Notes: generated from the sequence alone by a model not told the origin. Shown: positions 1-9,842, counted from the first letter of the stretch. The stretch is DNA of 55,996 nt from Verrucomicrobiota bacterium (GCA_019237325.1 JAFAHI010000613.1:1-55996), one strand, 5' to 3'. Numbers and translations: made by a program.

Positions 1-975
1 CGCCCTCTTTACGCCTGGATCCTGGAGAACCTCGATTTGCCGCGGAAGCTGCCGCACCAATACGAATTCGCGCGCCTGAATCTCACCTACACCGTGATGA
101 GCAAGCGCAAGCTCTTGCAACTGGTTCAAAAAGGACTCGTTGCCGGATGGGACGATCCGCGGATGCCCACGCTCTCAGGACTGCGCCGCCGCGGTGTCAC
201 CGCCAGTGTGCTGCGGGACTTAGCCTACAACATCGGCATCACCAAATATGACGGCCTTACCGACCTCGCAGTACTCGAACACGCCATCCGCGACGAGTTG
301 AACAAGACTGCCCTCCGGCGTCTAGCAGTCTTGCGCCCGATCAAGGTGGTCCTGACAAACTATCCGGAAGGTAAAAGCGAAACGCTCAACGCAGTCAACA
401 ACCCGGAAGATCCGACCTCGGGTACGCGTGAAGTTACGTTCGGGCGCGAGCTTTATATTGAAAACAGCGATTTCATGGAGAATCCGCCGCCGAAGTATTT
501 CAGACTACGGCCCGGCGGTGAGGTGCGTCTCAAGTATGCGTACATCATCAAATGCGAAGAGATTATCAAGGATGTCGCTGGCAATATTGTAGAACTCCGA
601 TGCACAGCGGATCTTGAGAGCAAGAGCGGCGGCCCGAACGCGAATTGTAAAGTCAAAGGGACAATCCACTGGGTTAACGCAGCCGATTCGATCGATGCGG
701 AAGTGCGTCTCTACGATCGCCTCTTCGCGCAAGCCGAGCCCGACACCGAAACCGACTTCGAGCGCAATTTGAATCCAGCGTCACTCGAAGTAGTTGCCGC
801 CAAATGCGAGCCAAGCCTGCGGGAGGCGCGAAGTGAAACCAGGTATCAGTTTGAGCGCCTCGGCTACTTCGTCCTGGACAAAGACAGCACGTCTGAACAC
901 CTCGTCTTCAACCGGACGGTCACGCTCAAGGACTCTTGGGCAAAAGAAGCACAGAAACCGTCCGGACCAAAATAA
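1..975 (+). CDS. glnS: glutaminyl-tRNA synthetase, C-terminal portion (5' end lies outside the window)
   Basis: The frame is open from base 1 (RPLYAWILENLDLPRKLPHQYEFARLNLTYTVMSKRKL...). It has the DDPRMPTLSGLRRRG segment and a long C-terminal anticodon-binding region typical of class I GlnRS. The stop is at 973-975. Confidence 0.9.
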   Translation, partial: RPLYAWILENLDLPRKLPHQYEFARLNLTYTVMSKRKLLQLVQKGLVAGWDDPRMPTLSGLRRRGVTASVLRDLAYNIGITKYDGLTDLAVLEHAIRDELNKTALRRLAVLRPIKVVLTNYPEGKSETLNAVNNPEDPTSGTREVTFGRELYIENSDFMENPPPKYFRLRPGGEVRLKYAYIIKCEEIIKDVAGNIVELRCTADLESKSGGPNANCKVKGTIHWVNAADSIDAEVRLYDRLFAQAEPDTETDFERNLNPASLEVVAAKCEPSLREARSETRYQFERLGYFVLDKDSTSEHLVFNRTVTLKDSWAKEAQKPSGPK

Positions 976-1336
976 CCGCGAATGGACACGAATAGACGCG
1001 AATAAAAGACCAGGATCAACCGCAGATGAACGGAGGGGAGCTGCATTAGAGATGTGCCGCCGGTAGATTCGGAGGCGGTCTATCCCGGATCGGTTGAAAG
1101 GACATGTCCGGCCGCGGCTCCCTTTAGGTGTGGCAAGGTCTATGGTTCCCACAATCCCAGCGTGCTAGACATCGCCCCATCCGGGGCGTCGCGTCTATCG
1201 GAGCGCCATACCTGAAAACGATTCATCGGCGTCGACACGCGTGCGAGCTCTAACGCGGAATGCAACGCCCCTCCGTCCGTTCTCCTTCGTCGGCCGTCTT
1301 GCGGTTAACGCCTTCTATTCGTGTCCCTTCGCGGTT
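974..1336. repeat. 25-nt imperfect inverted repeat pair (974-998 and 1312-1336) bracketing the glnS/asnS convergent spacer
   Basis: AACCGCGAATGGACACGAATAGACG versus the reverse complement of CTTCTATTCGTGTCCCTTCGCGGTT matches at 23 of 25 positions. The ORF-track peptides here (REWTRIDANK / FASIRVHSRLF) are translations of the repeat, not genes. Confidence 0.7.
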
Positions 1337-1388
1337 CAATTCGCGGCCTGCCGCGCCGTAGGCTTGGCGAAGGCGGGTCCATTCGCGG

Positions 1389-2747
1389 TTAGAACTCTGC
1401 ATTACCAGGTGTACGGGCAAATGGGATCACATCCCTGATATTGGATACGCCGGTTAAGAACATCAGGAGCCGTTCGAAGCCAAGACCGAAACCTGCGTGG
1501 GGTACGGTGCCAAAACGACGTAGATCCAGGTACCACCAATACTCTTCCTCGCTCAAGCCGCGAGAGCGCATGTTTTCCTGCAGCACGTTCAGACGCTCCT
1601 CGCGCTGCGAACCGCCGATGATTTCACCGATGCCCGGCACCAGCACATCCATCGCGGCCACCGTTTTACCATCGTCATTCACGCGCATATAGAAAGGTTT
1701 CGCCTGCGCCGGCTGATCAAACAGGATCACGGGCACCCGGAAATGCTCTTCAGCCAGAAACCTTTCGTGCTCCGATTGCAGGCTCTGGCCATCCGTGACG
1801 GGATACTCAAAGTTCCGCCCGGAGGCGTTAAGAATCGAGATCGCATCGGCGTAGGGAACCCGTTGGAACGGACGTTCCGCGACGAGAGTGAGCGTCTCCA
1901 TCAACGTCTTATCCACAAACTTAGTAAACAGGCCCAGTTCATCCGCGCAATGCTCCAGGGCGTGCCGCACCATTGCTTTTACGAACTCCTCAGCCAGCTC
2001 CATATCCCCTCGTAGGTCGCAGAACGCCATCTCAGGTTCGATCATCCAAAACTCCGCCGCATGCCGAGAGGTATTCGAATTCTCGGCCCGAAATGTCGGC
2101 CCAAAGGTGTACACTTTCGACAAAGCGCAGGCGAACGTTTCGGCTTCCAGTTGCCCGCTGACCGTTAAATAGGTGGCTTTGCCAAAAAAATCGGGTTCGC
2201 CGGCCTTGTCCGTGCCCTGTTTCAGCGTCGTGACGCGAAACAATTCACCCGCGCCTTCGCAATCGCTGGCGGTAATGATTGGCGTTTGGACGTACACAAA
2301 ATCCCGCTCCTGAAAGAACTGATGCACCGCATAGGCCAGACGACTCCGAACCCGGAAAACGGCGCCGAACAGATTGGATCGCGTGCGTAAATGCGCGATG
2401 GTGCGAAGGAATTCGACGGTGTGCCCTTTTTTTTGCAGGGGATAGCTGGCATCAGCGTGTCCGATGATTTCCAGATTCGTGGCGCGAAGCTCCCATTTTT
2501 GGCCGGCGGCAGGAGACGCAATTAGCCGGCCCGCCACGCGTACCGAGCTGCCGGTCGTAGCATGCAGCGCCTGCTCGTAACCCGGCACCTCCTGGTCGAC
2601 GACCACCTGCAGATTGCGCAGGCAGGAACCATCGTTAACCTCGACGAACGAAAAGCCTTTGGAGTCTCGCCGAGATCGGATCCAACCTGCGATCTCAATT
2701 TCCGCCTCGGCGCTGGCCGAAAGGGCGTGTTTGATGGACGTAATCAT
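1389..2747 (-). CDS. asnS: asparaginyl-tRNA synthetase (class IIb)
   Basis: 452 aa. It has an N-terminal OB-fold ([21 protein letters not shown]) and class II motifs ([30 protein letters not shown]). The length fits AsnRS. Confidence 0.9.
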   Translation of the reverse strand: MITSIKHALSASAEAEIEIAGWIRSRRDSKGFSFVEVNDGSCLRNLQVVVDQEVPGYEQALHATTGSSVRVAGRLIASPAAGQKWELRATNLEIIGHADASYPLQKKGHTVEFLRTIAHLRTRSNLFGAVFRVRSRLAYAVHQFFQERDFVYVQTPIITASDCEGAGELFRVTTLKQGTDKAGEPDFFGKATYLTVSGQLEAETFACALSKVYTFGPTFRAENSNTSRHAAEFWMIEPEMAFCDLRGDMELAEEFVKAMVRHALEHCADELGLFTKFVDKTLMETLTLVAERPFQRVPYADAISILNASGRNFEYPVTDGQSLQSEHERFLAEEHFRVPVILFDQPAQAKPFYMRVNDDGKTVAAMDVLVPGIGEIIGGSQREERLNVLQENMRSRGLSEEEYWWYLDLRRFGTVPHAGFGLGFERLLMFLTGVSNIRDVIPFARTPGNAEF

Positions 2748-2942
2748 AAAACTGGGATGGTATTGCTAGTCTCCTGTCTCATAAATAGCATGGCTTTCGT
2801 TGGGCCACTGCCGGATCAGTTTGCTGTTTTTCAAGGCGCGAACGACGAGCATATCTAAATTGATACGTGGAGAGTGAGCAACGCGGAAAAACAGCCGCCC
2901 GGCCACGGCCGAAGGATTGCGATGAAAATGGAATAGAAAAAT

Positions 2943-3803
2943 ATGCCCAAAGAGTTAAATTTTTTGAGCCAGCTGACGGGATCATTTTCCCAGTCTGCAG
3001 CTGGCAACCCCACGGTGGCCATGATCGAGGCCGCCTATCATCATCACGGACTAGATTGGCGTTATATTAATTGTGAGGTAAGCCCCGAAAAACTGGGCGA
3101 CGCCGTTCGCGGAGCTCGGGCGATGGGCTGGGCCGGTTTCAACTGTTCCCTTCCCCACAAGGTCACGGTGATAGAGCATCTTGATGGAGTTGGCGAGTCT
3201 GCAGCGATTATGCGCGCGGTCAATTGTGCAGTTCGCCGTGGCAACCAGTACATCGGCGAGAATACTGACGGGAAAGGATTCTTGATGTCTCTCGAAGGGA
3301 TCGTTGATCCTCGCGGCAAGCGGATTGTCTTGTTCGGAGCAGGTGGCGCGGCCCGAGCCATCGGGGTCGAGCTCGCGCTGGCGGGCGCTTTCTCTATCTC
3401 GGTGGTTAACCGCACCGCGGGGCGTGGGATGGAACTAGTCCGGTTAATAAACGACAAAACGTCTGCGAAGGCAGAACTAATCAGTTGGCAAAACAAGTAC
3501 AAGGTGCAGCCGGACGCAGGCATTGTGATTAACGCCACCTCAATCGGCCTCTATCCGCACGTTCATGACCGGCTCGACCTCGACATCGAGTCACTCAAGC
3601 CAAGCATGGTTGTGGCAGATGTTATTCCGAACCCTCCTCGCACGCATCTCATAAAAGACGCCGAAGCGCGCGGTTGCACAATTGTTGATGGGCTCGGCAT
3701 GCTCGTTAACCAAGGTGTTATTGGCATCAAGTATTGGACTGGCGTCGATGCGGACGCCACGGTCATGAGGCGAAAGCTCGAAGAAATTTACCGGGAGCAG
3801 TAG
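2943..3803 (+). CDS. aroE: shikimate dehydrogenase
   Basis: 286 aa. It has SLPHK, GENTDGKGF and a GAGGAARA Rossmann motif in AroE order. Confidence 0.85.
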   Translation: MPKELNFLSQLTGSFSQSAAGNPTVAMIEAAYHHHGLDWRYINCEVSPEKLGDAVRGARAMGWAGFNCSLPHKVTVIEHLDGVGESAAIMRAVNCAVRRGNQYIGENTDGKGFLMSLEGIVDPRGKRIVLFGAGGAARAIGVELALAGAFSISVVNRTAGRGMELVRLINDKTSAKAELISWQNKYKVQPDAGIVINATSIGLYPHVHDRLDLDIESLKPSMVVADVIPNPPRTHLIKDAEARGCTIVDGLGMLVNQGVIGIKYWTGVDADATVMRRKLEEIYREQ

Positions 3804-3936
3804 ATAGAGATTGAGTCGATTTGGCGGGTTTATCTACGGAGGATTCTCCCCAAACAATGTTGGTACGGATCGCAATGAGATTTGGGACGAATCCCGAGGG
3901 TCACGTCTTATAGAGTCTATTGCCCAATCCATTTCT

Positions 3937-4108
3937 ACAATACGGAAAGATCACAAAGGACACAAAGACCAAGATTTCTACAGAAGCTAACAGAGCAAAC
4001 GAAGGCCTGTCTACAGCCAAACCTTCAGACAAAATTGAGGTCTCACCCTTCGTTACCTTCTGTAAAAAACCTTCTGTCTTTGTGTCCTTTGTGATCTTTC
4101 CGTATTGT
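3937..4108. repeat. perfect 33-bp inverted repeat (3937-3969 / 4076-4108) separated by 106 nt; long hairpin or REP/MITE-like element
   Basis: ACAATACGGAAAGATCACAAAGGACACAAAGAC is the exact reverse complement of GTCTTTGTGTCCTTTGTGATCTTTCCGTATTGT. It lies between convergent aroE and the 4151-4861 gene. Confidence 0.9.
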
Positions 4109-4150
4109 GATTTGCTGTTTTAAAAGCGGGATAAACTAGGGTCAGGCGCT

Positions 4151-4861
4151 TCAATGAATCGCATGCAGCGCTTTCAACAAACCAGGAAGGACATTCTCCA
4201 CGAAGTGGACCTGCGCCTCGGAGGGAGTCTGTCCGTGCACAGCGAAGGAACAAATTGCATAAACTTCCCTGATCGCGCTAGCGAGTCCGAGATCAAGCAA
4301 TTGCGACTCGATTAGCGTCCCAATGATCTCCACGAGTGGGCGCGGATTACCTTCCCCACCAATGTCGAGTCGTGTTGCCGCGATTCGTCGCAGCTCGCGT
4401 TCGATGCTGTAGCGTGCCTCGAAGAGGCTCTGCGTATAATCGTCCACCGAAATCGGCGAAGTAAGACTCGGCTCGTGTGGTGAGCCGTATTGTTGGATGG
4501 TCTTCTTGACCGCGACCTGAGCGCGCTTTTCTAGAGCTGGCAGCTCGGCATCGGGCAGAGGCACCAGATTGGCCCGCGCATGAGCCTCGGCCGTACTACG
4601 AATTTCGGAGCGCAAGTTCACTAACTCGGATTTGAATTCAGATCGCAGCTCCCGAACTTCCTGCTTCATTTCGAGTCCGAATAAATTGAGATCCTGGAAA
4701 AGAGGAACGAGAACTAGAGCTGCCCAGACCGAGAACACAAATACATCGGAAGGTGCAGGACGCCCTGCAACCAAGTCAGAATATCTCTGTAAAAGAAAAT
4801 AAGTGAGGAGAGCAATCAGTAAAGCCCACCAGGCGAGTTTGAACCAGTTCGGAAGTCTCAT
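4151..4861 (-). CDS. hypothetical membrane-anchored protein (2 N-terminal TM helices, coiled coil, helical C-terminal domain)
   Basis: 236 aa. The N-terminus is hydrophobic (WFKLAWWALLIALLTYFLL, VFVFSVWAALVLVPLF). The C-terminus (SIERELRRIAATRL ... AIREVYAICSFAVHGQTPSEA) loosely resembles DUF4145/HEPN-type helical domains. Confidence 0.55.
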   Translation of the reverse strand: MRLPNWFKLAWWALLIALLTYFLLQRYSDLVAGRPAPSDVFVFSVWAALVLVPLFQDLNLFGLEMKQEVRELRSEFKSELVNLRSEIRSTAEAHARANLVPLPDAELPALEKRAQVAVKKTIQQYGSPHEPSLTSPISVDDYTQSLFEARYSIERELRRIAATRLDIGGEGNPRPLVEIIGTLIESQLLDLGLASAIREVYAICSFAVHGQTPSEAQVHFVENVLPGLLKALHAIH

Positions 4862-4990
4862 TGAACAAATGGTTCTCAGGCAATGAATTACGCCGTAACA
4901 GCCAAAGGCTATGCCCGCCAGAACTTCTGTCTAGCACAATCGGAATCGCCGCCGAGCCATTAAGTCGCCGGTTAAAGCCCCAGACCTGGG

Positions 4991-5299
4991 TCACCCTTCT
5001 AGTGGGAGGCTCGGCATCAGATCGACGACCGGGACTTCATCCTTCGTAATCGTTATGAAGTCGCCGCGCTCAACGAGCGTAATCAGCTCCGGCAATTTCT
5101 CCCTTGCCTCCTGCACGCTAACTTCCATCCGCTCGCAAGATAGGCCCTTAACATAGTTCCAGCAGACAGAGGCTTCGGCGACCGGGATTTCATTCCGCGT
5201 AATCGTTATCAGTTCGCCGCGCTCAACGAGCGTGATCAGCTCCGGAAATTTCTCCCTGGCTTCCTCCACGCTAACTTGCATCCGCCTTAAGATAGCCAC
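4991..5299 (-). CDS. Phd/YefM-like antitoxin-type protein with an internal tandem duplication
   Basis: There are two about 36-aa copies: MQVSVEEAREKFPELITLVERGELITITRNEIPVAE and MEVSVQEAREKLPELITLVERGDFITITKDEVPVVD. The pattern (vs..eAr.k..eli..ver.g..v.It+.g.pva) is typical of the Phd/YefM N-terminal half. Confidence 0.6.
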   Translation of the reverse strand: MAILRRMQVSVEEAREKFPELITLVERGELITITRNEIPVAEASVCWNYVKGLSCERMEVSVQEAREKLPELITLVERGDFITITKDEVPVVDLMPSLPLEG

Positions 5300-5599
5300 T
5301 TGAGATAAGATGTGCCAATGCCGGAAAGCTTCTCTTTCGAGACGAAGAAAGCCCGGGGTTTATCCCGAGCTTTTCGCCGATATCAAGAACCGTGGCGGTG
5401 CTTGAAAAGTCCCCTCAGTTTTGCCCTCCGCCCTGGTCAGCGGTATTTTCCTCGACCGTCTTTTCTTTAGTGCCGCCAAAGGTCCCTTCTTCGACAACTT
5501 CTTCCTCTGGTTCGGGTCTCATATGTCCCTAAGCTACAACAAAATGAGCGAAATATCTCCGGTCATCTTTAGCGAGCGTACCAGCCTGCGGAACCTCTG

Positions 5600-6478
5600 A
5601 TGAATCCGAAGTTTTTAGCGGTTTACCTATTGTTGCTCTGGCAGCTCCAACTGTTCCCGAATGCGAAAGCTAATCAGATCCTTTGGAGCACGGTTTCACC
5701 TAGCGGGACCTATGCCGTCGCGGGGCCCGAATCGGATCCAACATCAAAGGATAACAGTAAAGCGGCCGTAAACGACGATCCCGCGACAGAGTTTTCGATC
5801 GTGAATATCCAGACCCAGCAGCCAGTCTTAGGTTTCTCGGGATTTAAGCAGACGGATTTCGCGACGCTGGGCTTGGTCGATGAGTCTTCGATCCAGGCGT
5901 TCTGTGCATGGGCGCCGCAGGAGGATCATCTCTTGATTGTCAACGCCCTAGACCCATCGGCGTGTCTCCAAGTCGATTTGCCCGACGGGCGGGTTTCGCA
6001 AGTTGGACCAACGTTAGCGGCAGCGGCGACTCGAATCGCAAATGGAAGAGCGACCCACAAGTCCAGTCATTCGGCTCAACCCACACATTTTTCCATTGTC
6101 GATGCACACTTCATTTCGTCTCACGAATGTTACGTCACCGTGAACATCGATTCGGGTTCAGGCTCGGAAGCACGAGTCGATCTCTATTTTCAGGTAAATG
6201 CCGGCGGCAACTCTCTCGCTTTCGAACGATCTGAGCCTTATCCCAATCCTAACCAGCCCCTTGGTGCATCGATCCTGGCCGCCCGCCAAGTCGAGCACTT
6301 CTATCAAACCCTGCGCGGAGTCTTGGATGAGCCGAATCGGCGAATTCTAACCATGGAACAACAGTCATGGCTTGGCGCCCGCGAATATTTAGGCAATTAC
6401 GAAGACCGTGTCGTTTTCAGCCAAAACCGCATCACCGAATTGAAGCAAAAACTGCAGCAAGAACTTCAGAAGAAATAG
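5600..6478 (+). CDS. secreted hypothetical protein
   Basis: 292 aa with an N-terminal signal-like segment (MNPKFLAVYLLLLWQLQLFPNAKA). The C-terminal EQQSWLGAREYL helix is reminiscent of DUF1311/LprI-like domains. Confidence 0.55.
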   Translation: MNPKFLAVYLLLLWQLQLFPNAKANQILWSTVSPSGTYAVAGPESDPTSKDNSKAAVNDDPATEFSIVNIQTQQPVLGFSGFKQTDFATLGLVDESSIQAFCAWAPQEDHLLIVNALDPSACLQVDLPDGRVSQVGPTLAAAATRIANGRATHKSSHSAQPTHFSIVDAHFISSHECYVTVNIDSGSGSEARVDLYFQVNAGGNSLAFERSEPYPNPNQPLGASILAARQVEHFYQTLRGVLDEPNRRILTMEQQSWLGAREYLGNYEDRVVFSQNRITELKQKLQQELQKK

Positions 6479-6551
6479 AGGATCCGGATTGCGGAGTGGC
6501 AATTCTCACCTTTCGATGCCTCGACCCGAGGCTTTGTGCATCTGGACATGC

Positions 6552-7322
6552 TCAGGATTTCATCGCTTTAACGAAATCTACAAGGGCAGTCAGGGTAGTA
6601 CCGATACCATCGGGAACGACGTCCAATTGCTCGACAGGAAGATTCAATCGATTGACCCAGAAGGTCGGGTACCCGAAATTCTTGGCGCCTGCCGCATCCC
6701 AGCCGCCAAAGGCGGCAAACACGATCTCTTCGCGCGGCAACTTGAAGGCATCGATCGCCATCTGATACGCTCGAGCATCCGGCTTGTACACTTTCACCGC
6801 ATCCGTGCTGAGATTGTACTCAAAAATACCTTCCAGTTTGGAGCTCTTGGTCGCCGCATCGAGCATCTGCGGCGTCAGATTGGCCAGAAAAGCCAGCCGC
6901 AGGCCGGCATCTTTCAGAACCTGCAAAGCCCGGGACACATCCGGGAATGCCTTAAGCTCGAGATAGCCGTTCATTAACCGTTCCCGTTTTTCGCCGGTGA
7001 GTTCCACCTTTAACATTTTTGCAGCGAACTCCAGTGAGTCTTGCGTCACTTGCCAAAAATCGGCGTAGCGCCCGTATAGAGTACGCAACCAGGTGTATTC
7101 AAACTGGCGCGTCCGCCATAAGCTGGTCAACTCGGTCCCCCGGCCCGGAAAGAATTCTTCTGCCAGAGCGGTAATCGGCCGAGCATCAAAGATGGTGAAG
7201 GCATCGAAGGCAATCGCCCTAGACGTTGGCGGTGTGTCCGCCCGTGTCGATCCATTAACCAAGAGACTGGTCGCAACACCGCTAGCTGCCAGATTCAAGA
7301 ACTGCCGTCGATTTAAAGACAT
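6552..7322 (-). CDS. haloacid dehalogenase type II (HAD superfamily) with twin-arginine signal
   Basis: It has a Tat motif (MSLNRRQFLNLAASGVA), a nucleophile motif (AFDAFTIFD), and YKPDARAY plus FAAFGGWDAAGAKNFG typical of L-2-haloacid dehalogenases. Confidence 0.8.
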   Translation of the reverse strand: MSLNRRQFLNLAASGVATSLLVNGSTRADTPPTSRAIAFDAFTIFDARPITALAEEFFPGRGTELTSLWRTRQFEYTWLRTLYGRYADFWQVTQDSLEFAAKMLKVELTGEKRERLMNGYLELKAFPDVSRALQVLKDAGLRLAFLANLTPQMLDAATKSSKLEGIFEYNLSTDAVKVYKPDARAYQMAIDAFKLPREEIVFAAFGGWDAAGAKNFGYPTFWVNRLNLPVEQLDVVPDGIGTTLTALVDFVKAMKS

Positions 7323-7742
7323 AACGTTTGTCCGGTCTCCAAAAGGAAGACTGGAAACACCAGGTCGAAATTCCTGTTTAGCACGAGATTGTTACAAACG
7401 GACAGCGACTAACTACCTAAGGCATAGTGCTGACAATTCGCTCCCGCCCCGAGGCCTCGAACTCCAGGAGCTCCCGGATAGCACTTGCCATTGTACCGAA
7501 CCCAGTAAAACTGCTTAGGGATTTCGATCGGTGACAAAGAGAGGTCTAGTTCTGATCGAGCATTCATACGCGTAATCGGGGCATGCGATTCATGGGGTTC
7601 TTTGACGAACCTCTGTTTCTTTAGTCAAATGGCAGCTTCGGGTAATATAACACCTCCCGCCTTGCCATTCCGGATCGCCCGCCCTTTAATAGGCCCCAGC
7701 GCCGCGGGCCCGTTATCGTGTGCGATCTGAGAAAAGCCCGTT

Positions 7743-8864
7743 ATGAATACCTTTCCGGCCACCTCAAACGCCGAGACCGCCGACCACGCGGCCGAGAGGG
7801 TCGACCGCGACTGGGTCGCCGAAGCCGTGCGGCGGATCGAAGCCGACTTCAACCGCTCGGCGGATACACATCTACTCAAACTTGATTTGCCGCAGCTCGC
7901 TAGGGCGGGCGTCGATCTCTACCTCAAAGATGAATCCACCCACCCCTCGGGCAGTCTGAAACATCGACTCGCGCGCTCGCTTTTTCTCTACGGCCTTTGC
8001 AATGGCTGGATCAGACCCGGCAAACCGGTGGTCGAGTCATCCTCCGGCTCGACCGCGATTTCTGAAGCTTATTTTGCGCGTCTCCTCGGCACTCCTTTCA
8101 TCGCGATCGCGCCTCGCACCACCGCGAGGCCCAAGATCGAAGCGATCGAGTTCTATGGTGGAGAGGTTCGCCTTGTCGAGCCCTCCGAGCTTTACGATGA
8201 GGCGCGGCGCGTGGCGGAAAAGTCAGACGGTCACTACATGGACCAGTTTACCTACGCGGAGCGCGCGACCGACTGGCGCGGGAACAACAACATCGCCGAG
8301 AGCCTCTTCTCCCAAATGCGCCTCGAGCGGTTCTCCACCCCTTCCTGGGTGGTCGTCAGCGCCGGAACCGGCGGCACCTCTTCGACCATCGGCCGCTACA
8401 TCCGCTACAGCCAGCGCGGACCCATGATGACCCGTCTCTGCGTCGTCGACCCGGAAAACTCGGCGTTTTTCGACTTTTACCGCACCGGCGCGAAAAGCAC
8501 GCTAGTCGAAAAGAGTTCGCGGATCGAGGGCATCGGACGCCCGCGGGTCGAGGCCTCCTTCATTGCAAGCGTAGTCGACCGGATGATCCGCGCACCGGAC
8601 GCCGCCTCGATCGCAGCGATCCACTGGCTCGAAGGCGTCATCGGGCGAAAGTGCGGCGGCTCGACTGGAACCAATCTCGTCGGGGCGCTCAAGCTCGCGG
8701 AAGAGATGATCGCCGCCCGCGTTACCGGCTCGATTGTCACGCTCATTTGCGATCCGGGCGAGCGCTATCTAGCGAGCTACTACGACGAAGGATGGATCGC
8801 CGCCGAAGGCCTCGATACGAGGCCTTTCCGCGAGTGGCTCGAAGGCTTTAGCGCCAGGGGTTGA
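7743..8864 (+). CDS. PLP-dependent enzyme, tryptophan-synthase-beta / cysteine-synthase family (fold type II)
   Basis: 373 aa. It has a lysine motif ([16 protein letters not shown]) and a glycine-rich phosphate loop ([14 protein letters not shown]). The exact reaction cannot be assigned. Confidence 0.75.
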   Translation: MNTFPATSNAETADHAAERVDRDWVAEAVRRIEADFNRSADTHLLKLDLPQLARAGVDLYLKDESTHPSGSLKHRLARSLFLYGLCNGWIRPGKPVVESSSGSTAISEAYFARLLGTPFIAIAPRTTARPKIEAIEFYGGEVRLVEPSELYDEARRVAEKSDGHYMDQFTYAERATDWRGNNNIAESLFSQMRLERFSTPSWVVVSAGTGGTSSTIGRYIRYSQRGPMMTRLCVVDPENSAFFDFYRTGAKSTLVEKSSRIEGIGRPRVEASFIASVVDRMIRAPDAASIAAIHWLEGVIGRKCGGSTGTNLVGALKLAEEMIAARVTGSIVTLICDPGERYLASYYDEGWIAAEGLDTRPFREWLEGFSARG

Positions 8865-9061
8865 GGGCTCGGGCGATCAAGCGAGAGCCGACATGCACAA
8901 CATCTGAGCGCGGATCGCATCGATGGCTTCCATCACCTCGACGGATTCTTGCAAAGGCATATACGCGGATTTCGTGAAGAAATCTTGGACCTCATGGCAG
9001 GCGGCGAGCGCCTCCAGTCGCTAGCCGCCGAATATCCAACGCTCACGCTCGAATGTCCGGG

Positions 9062-9781
9062 TCAGCCTTTCTTCGATTTTGGAGCACGAGGATTTGCTGC
9101 TGACCGGGAGCCACGGACTCGAGTACGGACCTGTGAACGGCGCACGCCGGAGCGGGCCTTTCTGCCGGTCGTTCCAATTCGGTGGCGCACTGCGCTTCCG
9201 ATCTCGGCCGCCAGCGCCGGATCCGAAACGGCTCGAGCCAACATGACGGCTCCGACGAGTTTCGCCAGGATCTCCCAGGCGACCGCCCGCCGCTCGGTCT
9301 TGCTGTCCGATAAACCCGCCTCCACCGCCTCCACGAGTTCCAACAGTCCTATCTGGTAAGCCTCGCGCGACGCTTGGTCGGCTCGCGCGACCTCCGGAGC
9401 AAAACTCGGCAGCCCGCAAGCATCTCCCGGCGGGCATGTCACCTTTTCGGTCAGATAAAAATCGGCAAACGCTTTGAGCCAACCGTGTCCCGCCTTCTCT
9501 TGAAAACTGGCGATACCGATTCGTAACTCCTCCAAGCCTGCGGTCACCGCGGCCTGAAAGGCTTCGGCTTTTGATTTGAAATGCCCGTAGAAAGCGCCAG
9601 AAGTCACGCCGGCAGCTTTGGCTAGGCCATCGACCCCGATGCCGGTGTAACCGGCAGTCCGGAGACCGCGGCCCACAGCTTGGAGGATGCGTTGATGACT
9701 TTTGGCGTGATGACCAGGTTTGTAGCGCATAAGCAGGCGGATAAAAAAGTTGCCAGACCGACCCAGCAAAATTCGCACCAT
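9062..9781 (-). CDS. TetR-family transcriptional regulator (the real start is probably the internal Met at 9730)
   Basis: It has an HTH segment (ILQAVGRGLRTAGYTGIGVDGLAKAAGVTSGAFYGHFKSK), an all-helical ligand domain and an unusual basic C-terminal tail. Confidence 0.85.
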   Translation of the reverse strand: MVRILLGRSGNFFIRLLMRYKPGHHAKSHQRILQAVGRGLRTAGYTGIGVDGLAKAAGVTSGAFYGHFKSKAEAFQAAVTAGLEELRIGIASFQEKAGHGWLKAFADFYLTEKVTCPPGDACGLPSFAPEVARADQASREAYQIGLLELVEAVEAGLSDSKTERRAVAWEILAKLVGAVMLARAVSDPALAAEIGSAVRHRIGTTGRKARSGVRRSQVRTRVRGSRSAANPRAPKSKKG

Positions 9782-9842
9782 TACATAACGCTCGCAATAT
9801 TCAGGCTTGACGCGCCTGCGCCTGAGGATTAAATCACGCTCG

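Noticed and set aside
1000-1310. The interior of the glnS/asnS spacer, considered as a structured ncRNA (SRP, RNase P, tmRNA, tRNA-like).
   Set aside because: No conserved cores of these RNAs (e.g. the GGTTCGAATCC T-loop or the SRP domain IV motif) are visible. I found no tRNA-like cloverleaf anywhere in the window by eye.
3882-4123. Two overlapping 67-70-aa ORFs (TERSQRTQRPRF..., YGKITKDTKTKI...) between aroE and the next gene.
   Set aside because: They are translations of the arms of the perfect 33-bp inverted repeat, so the same peptide-like strings arise on both strands. They are a repeat element, not genes.
4776-4994. 72-aa ORF with a 4-nt overlap to the antitoxin-like gene, considered as its toxin partner.
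   Set aside because: It has no PIN, RelE/ParE, Doc or other toxin motif. Its 3' part overlaps the well-supported N-terminal TM region of the 4151-4861 gene in another frame.
7560-7742. Possible riboswitch or leader upstream of the PLP-enzyme gene (AATGGCA...TGCCATT stem, GGCCC...GGGCC stem).
   Set aside because: The stems are short and no conserved riboswitch core (SAM, glycine, T-box etc.) could be recognised. This would need an Rfam/Infernal scan.
9021-9797. 258-aa ORF overlapping the TetR gene in another frame. Similar long shadow ORFs occur elsewhere (26931-27368 antisense to PAAR, 45650-46150 and 45815-46201 over the PT linker, 18932-19324 and 19924-20292 antisense to the autotransporter, 8002-8427 inside the PLP enzyme gene).
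   Set aside because: They are Arg/Ser/Pro/Gly-rich low-complexity translations typical of off-frame reading of GC-rich or repetitive coding DNA. Each fully overlaps a gene with clear family motifs.
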